From contig JBPGPT010000001.1 of the NCBI GenBank assembly GCA_051047955.1, positions 868,001 through 932,000 on the forward strand: a stretch of 64,000 nucleotides of DNA. The letters run 5' to 3'. Positions 61,449 to 64,000 of this stretch are shown one piece after another. Source of the stretch: Cystobasidiomycetes sp. EMM_F5 (Eukaryota). The first letter of the stretch is position 1. Every line of letters starts with the position of its first letter. A model generated the notes under the pieces. The model made no database searches. It was not told the origin of the DNA and worked only from the letters and a program-made list of their open reading frames with translations. The position numbers were made by a program, and so were the translations under genes.

Positions 61449-63949
61449 ATGGCATCCTTCTCAAGGCTGCGCGGGCGTGCACCACTCGCTGGAACTGCCT
61501 TGCGCATTGCAGCTGGCGCTGGAGCACTTTATGCATCCTATGAGCTGGTCAGCCGCCGGCAGCACATTCGCGCAGACGCTGTAGACGCCTCGGACGCAGT
61601 TCTGAAGGCTCCGAGTCCGAAATGGATACCGCCAACGAGAAAGGAAATGCTCGAAGCCCTCAAAGGGAACAAGTCTCTGGCCAGTCGATACGAGCCGACG
61701 GAGCAGCTCGACCAAGCGAGAAATACAGACTCTGCAGGCAGGACACAGGATCTTGGGCAAGATGGTTACGACCTACTGGTACGCACATATTGCTACGTTT
61801 ATCTTGCAGAAAAAGTAAACTGACGTCTGCGACCCCTTGGCAGATTATCGGTGGCGGCGCGACTGGAGCTGGCACAGCTGTGGATGCTGCATCTCGTGGA
61901 CTCAAGGTGGCCCTGGTGGAGCGCGATGACTTCTCTTCTGGTGAGTGTGTACACATCAGGCCAGCCCTTCGGCGCACTGCACTTTTCCCTGCCTTGGCTA
62001 ACTTTGAGCTTTGCAGGCACATCATCCAAATCTACCAAACTCATCCACGGAGGCGTCCGTTACCTGCAAAAGGCCATCATGGAACTAGACTATGAGCAGT
62101 GCGCAGGCTGATCAGCAGCATACACTGCCGTGCTGACAAGATCTCCGTGGCAGATGGAAACTTGTCAAGGAAGCACTACATGAGCGGAAAACCTTTCTGG
62201 AGATTGCGCCTTACCTCTCACATCCTCTCCCCATAATGTTACCTATATATACGTGAGTATAGATGGCGCACAGGCGGGAATATTGACCGACCCGTTGCGA
62301 TAGATACTGGCAAATTCCCTACTTCTGGTCTGGCTGCAAGGTATACGATTTGCTGGCAGGTAAGAAATATGATGTCGAGTGGTCATAAATTCGGCCGACA
62401 CAATCACTGCAGGCAAGATGAACATGGAAGGATCATACTTTATGTCAAAAGGCAAAACTATGGAGCAATTCCCCTTACTCAAGGATGCCAATCTTCGTGG
62501 ATCTCTAGTATACTACGACGGACAACACAACGATAGCAGAATGAACATGGCTTTGATAATGACTGCAGTACATCAAGGTGCCGTTGTGGCAAATCATACA
62601 GAGGTTGTCGAGCTGTACAAGAACAGCGAGGGACAATGCAAAGGGGCCAGAATCAGGGACAATATTAGCGGAGAAGAGTGGGACGTCAAGGCGAAGGTAT
62701 ACGACGCTCGCCGCCTTCCGTTGCGGTTTGCTGATGCTTGGTTCTGCAGGGTATAATCAATGCTACTGGACCTTTCAGTGATGGAATTCGTAAATTGGAC
62801 GAGCCTACTACCCAAGAGATCGTTGCACCCTCTGCCGGCGTGCATATCACGTTGCCAAACTACTACTCACCTCAAACAATGGGAATGCTTGATCCAGCCA
62901 CGTCCGATGGCCGTGTCATCTTTTTCCTGCCATGGCAGGGTAATGCTATCGCCGGAACGACCGACTCCGCATCGCCAGTTACAGCCAACCCTATACCGAA
63001 AGAGGAAGAGATTCAGTGGATTCTGGGCGAAGTCAGGAATTACCTGAGCAAGGACATCGAAGTTCGGAGGGAGGACGTGTTATCTGCCTGGTCCGGCATT
63101 AGGCCTTTAGTACGCGATCCAGACGCAAAGAACACAGAGTCATTGGTCCGCAACCATATGATCAATATTTCACCGTCAGGTTTGCTTACGATAGCAGGCG
63201 GTAAATGGACAACATACAGAGCTATGGCAGCAGAAACCGTTGATGCTGCCATCAAGCAGTATGGTCTGCAAGAGTCCGCTATTTACCCATGCAAAACAGA
63301 GAAGATTAAGCTTCTTGGCTCACATGGCTGGCGGAAAAATCTTTACGTCGAGCTGATTCAACAATATGGACTGGAGACAGAAGTTGCCAAGCATCTTACG
63401 GATACATACGGTGATTTGGCTTGGAGCGTCTGTGCCATGGAGGAGCGGACGAACCAGAGGTGGCCTCAGCATGGAAAACGCATAGATCCTGTGTATCCTT
63501 ATATCGAAGGCGAGGTACGGTATGCGTGCCGGAGAGAGTTCGCCCATACCGCAGTCGATGTCATTGCCAGACGAGTGAGTTTGCCTATGTTCCGACCACG
63601 GCGGCGCTACCGTTACTAACGACGCTTTTGTCAGACACGACTCTCCTTCCTGAATTCTCAGGCTGCGCTGGAGGCCCTGCCGCGAGTTATCGACATCATG
63701 AGTGAGGAGCTGTCGTGGAGCAAGAAGAGACAAGCACAAGAATTCGATCAAGCGAAAGAGTTCCTAATGTCAATGGGACTGCATCCGGATCTCAAGACTG
63801 CCACTATGGACGACGTCCGTAAAGGTAACATCGTAGCTCGTCGCTCTCTGGGCGATGCGCCAAGGACCGCTCAACTGTCCGACGAAGCAGCGGGTAGTAA
63901 GAACGAACGTCGGACAATCCCTGTTTCCAGATCTGGCGGTGGAACATGA
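61449..63949 (+). CDS. GUT2: Mitochondrial FAD-dependent glycerol-3-phosphate dehydrogenase
   Basis: YDLL|IIGGGATGAGTAVDAASRGL, GTSSKSTKLIHGGVRYL, YYDGQHNDSRMN, TSDGRVIFFLPW, SAWSGIRPLV, GGKWTTYR. Confidence 0.96.
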
Positions 63950-64000
63950 CCTCAAGGTGAATGTCATCCGCCTGAACCAAAGGGCGTCAAAATCTAAAAT

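Noticed and set aside
1..64000. tRNA, rRNA, snRNA/snoRNA genes and CRISPR arrays
   Set aside because: None recognised by eye; an ATGATGA near 59046 lacks a matching D box. A covariance-model scan would be needed to exclude small RNAs.

Overview
Gene-dense eukaryotic nuclear DNA with many short (~50-70 nt) spliceosomal introns (GTRAGT/GTATGT/GTCAGC donors, CTRAC branch points). The gene content suggests a compact basidiomycete fungus (inference; species not determined). About 27 genes are supportable. Most are ordinary housekeeping genes: PEX1 (5' part), NAD-dependent epimerase, M28/ERMP1-like peptidase, YCII protein, NAT/UapA-like purine permease, SRP72, HUB1, SUR7/PalI-like protein, homeodomain factor, gamma-glutamyltranspeptidase, PRA1/YIP3, phosphohexomutase, SRR1-like, PXR1, fatty-acid dioxygenase-P450 fusion, APC11, mitochondrial carrier, GCN1, ataxin-3 and GUT2. 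The outstanding exception is a ~5 kb island (~2.7-7.5 kb). There a CACTA/Plavaka-like transposase on the minus strand is flanked on both sides by two paralogous, intron-containing His-Cys-box (I-PpoI-like His-Me finger) endonuclease genes on the plus strand, followed by a long disordered ORF. The endonucleases are free-standing (no rDNA or group I intron) and keep the catalytic His and Asn, so this is a candidate DNA transposon carrying homing-type nucleases. Secondary oddities are a Hub1 fused to a long RS domain, a roughly half-length SRP72 and a tandem pair of small membrane-anchored proteins. Exon boundaries were read by eye, family calls come from remembered motifs, and no database search was run.
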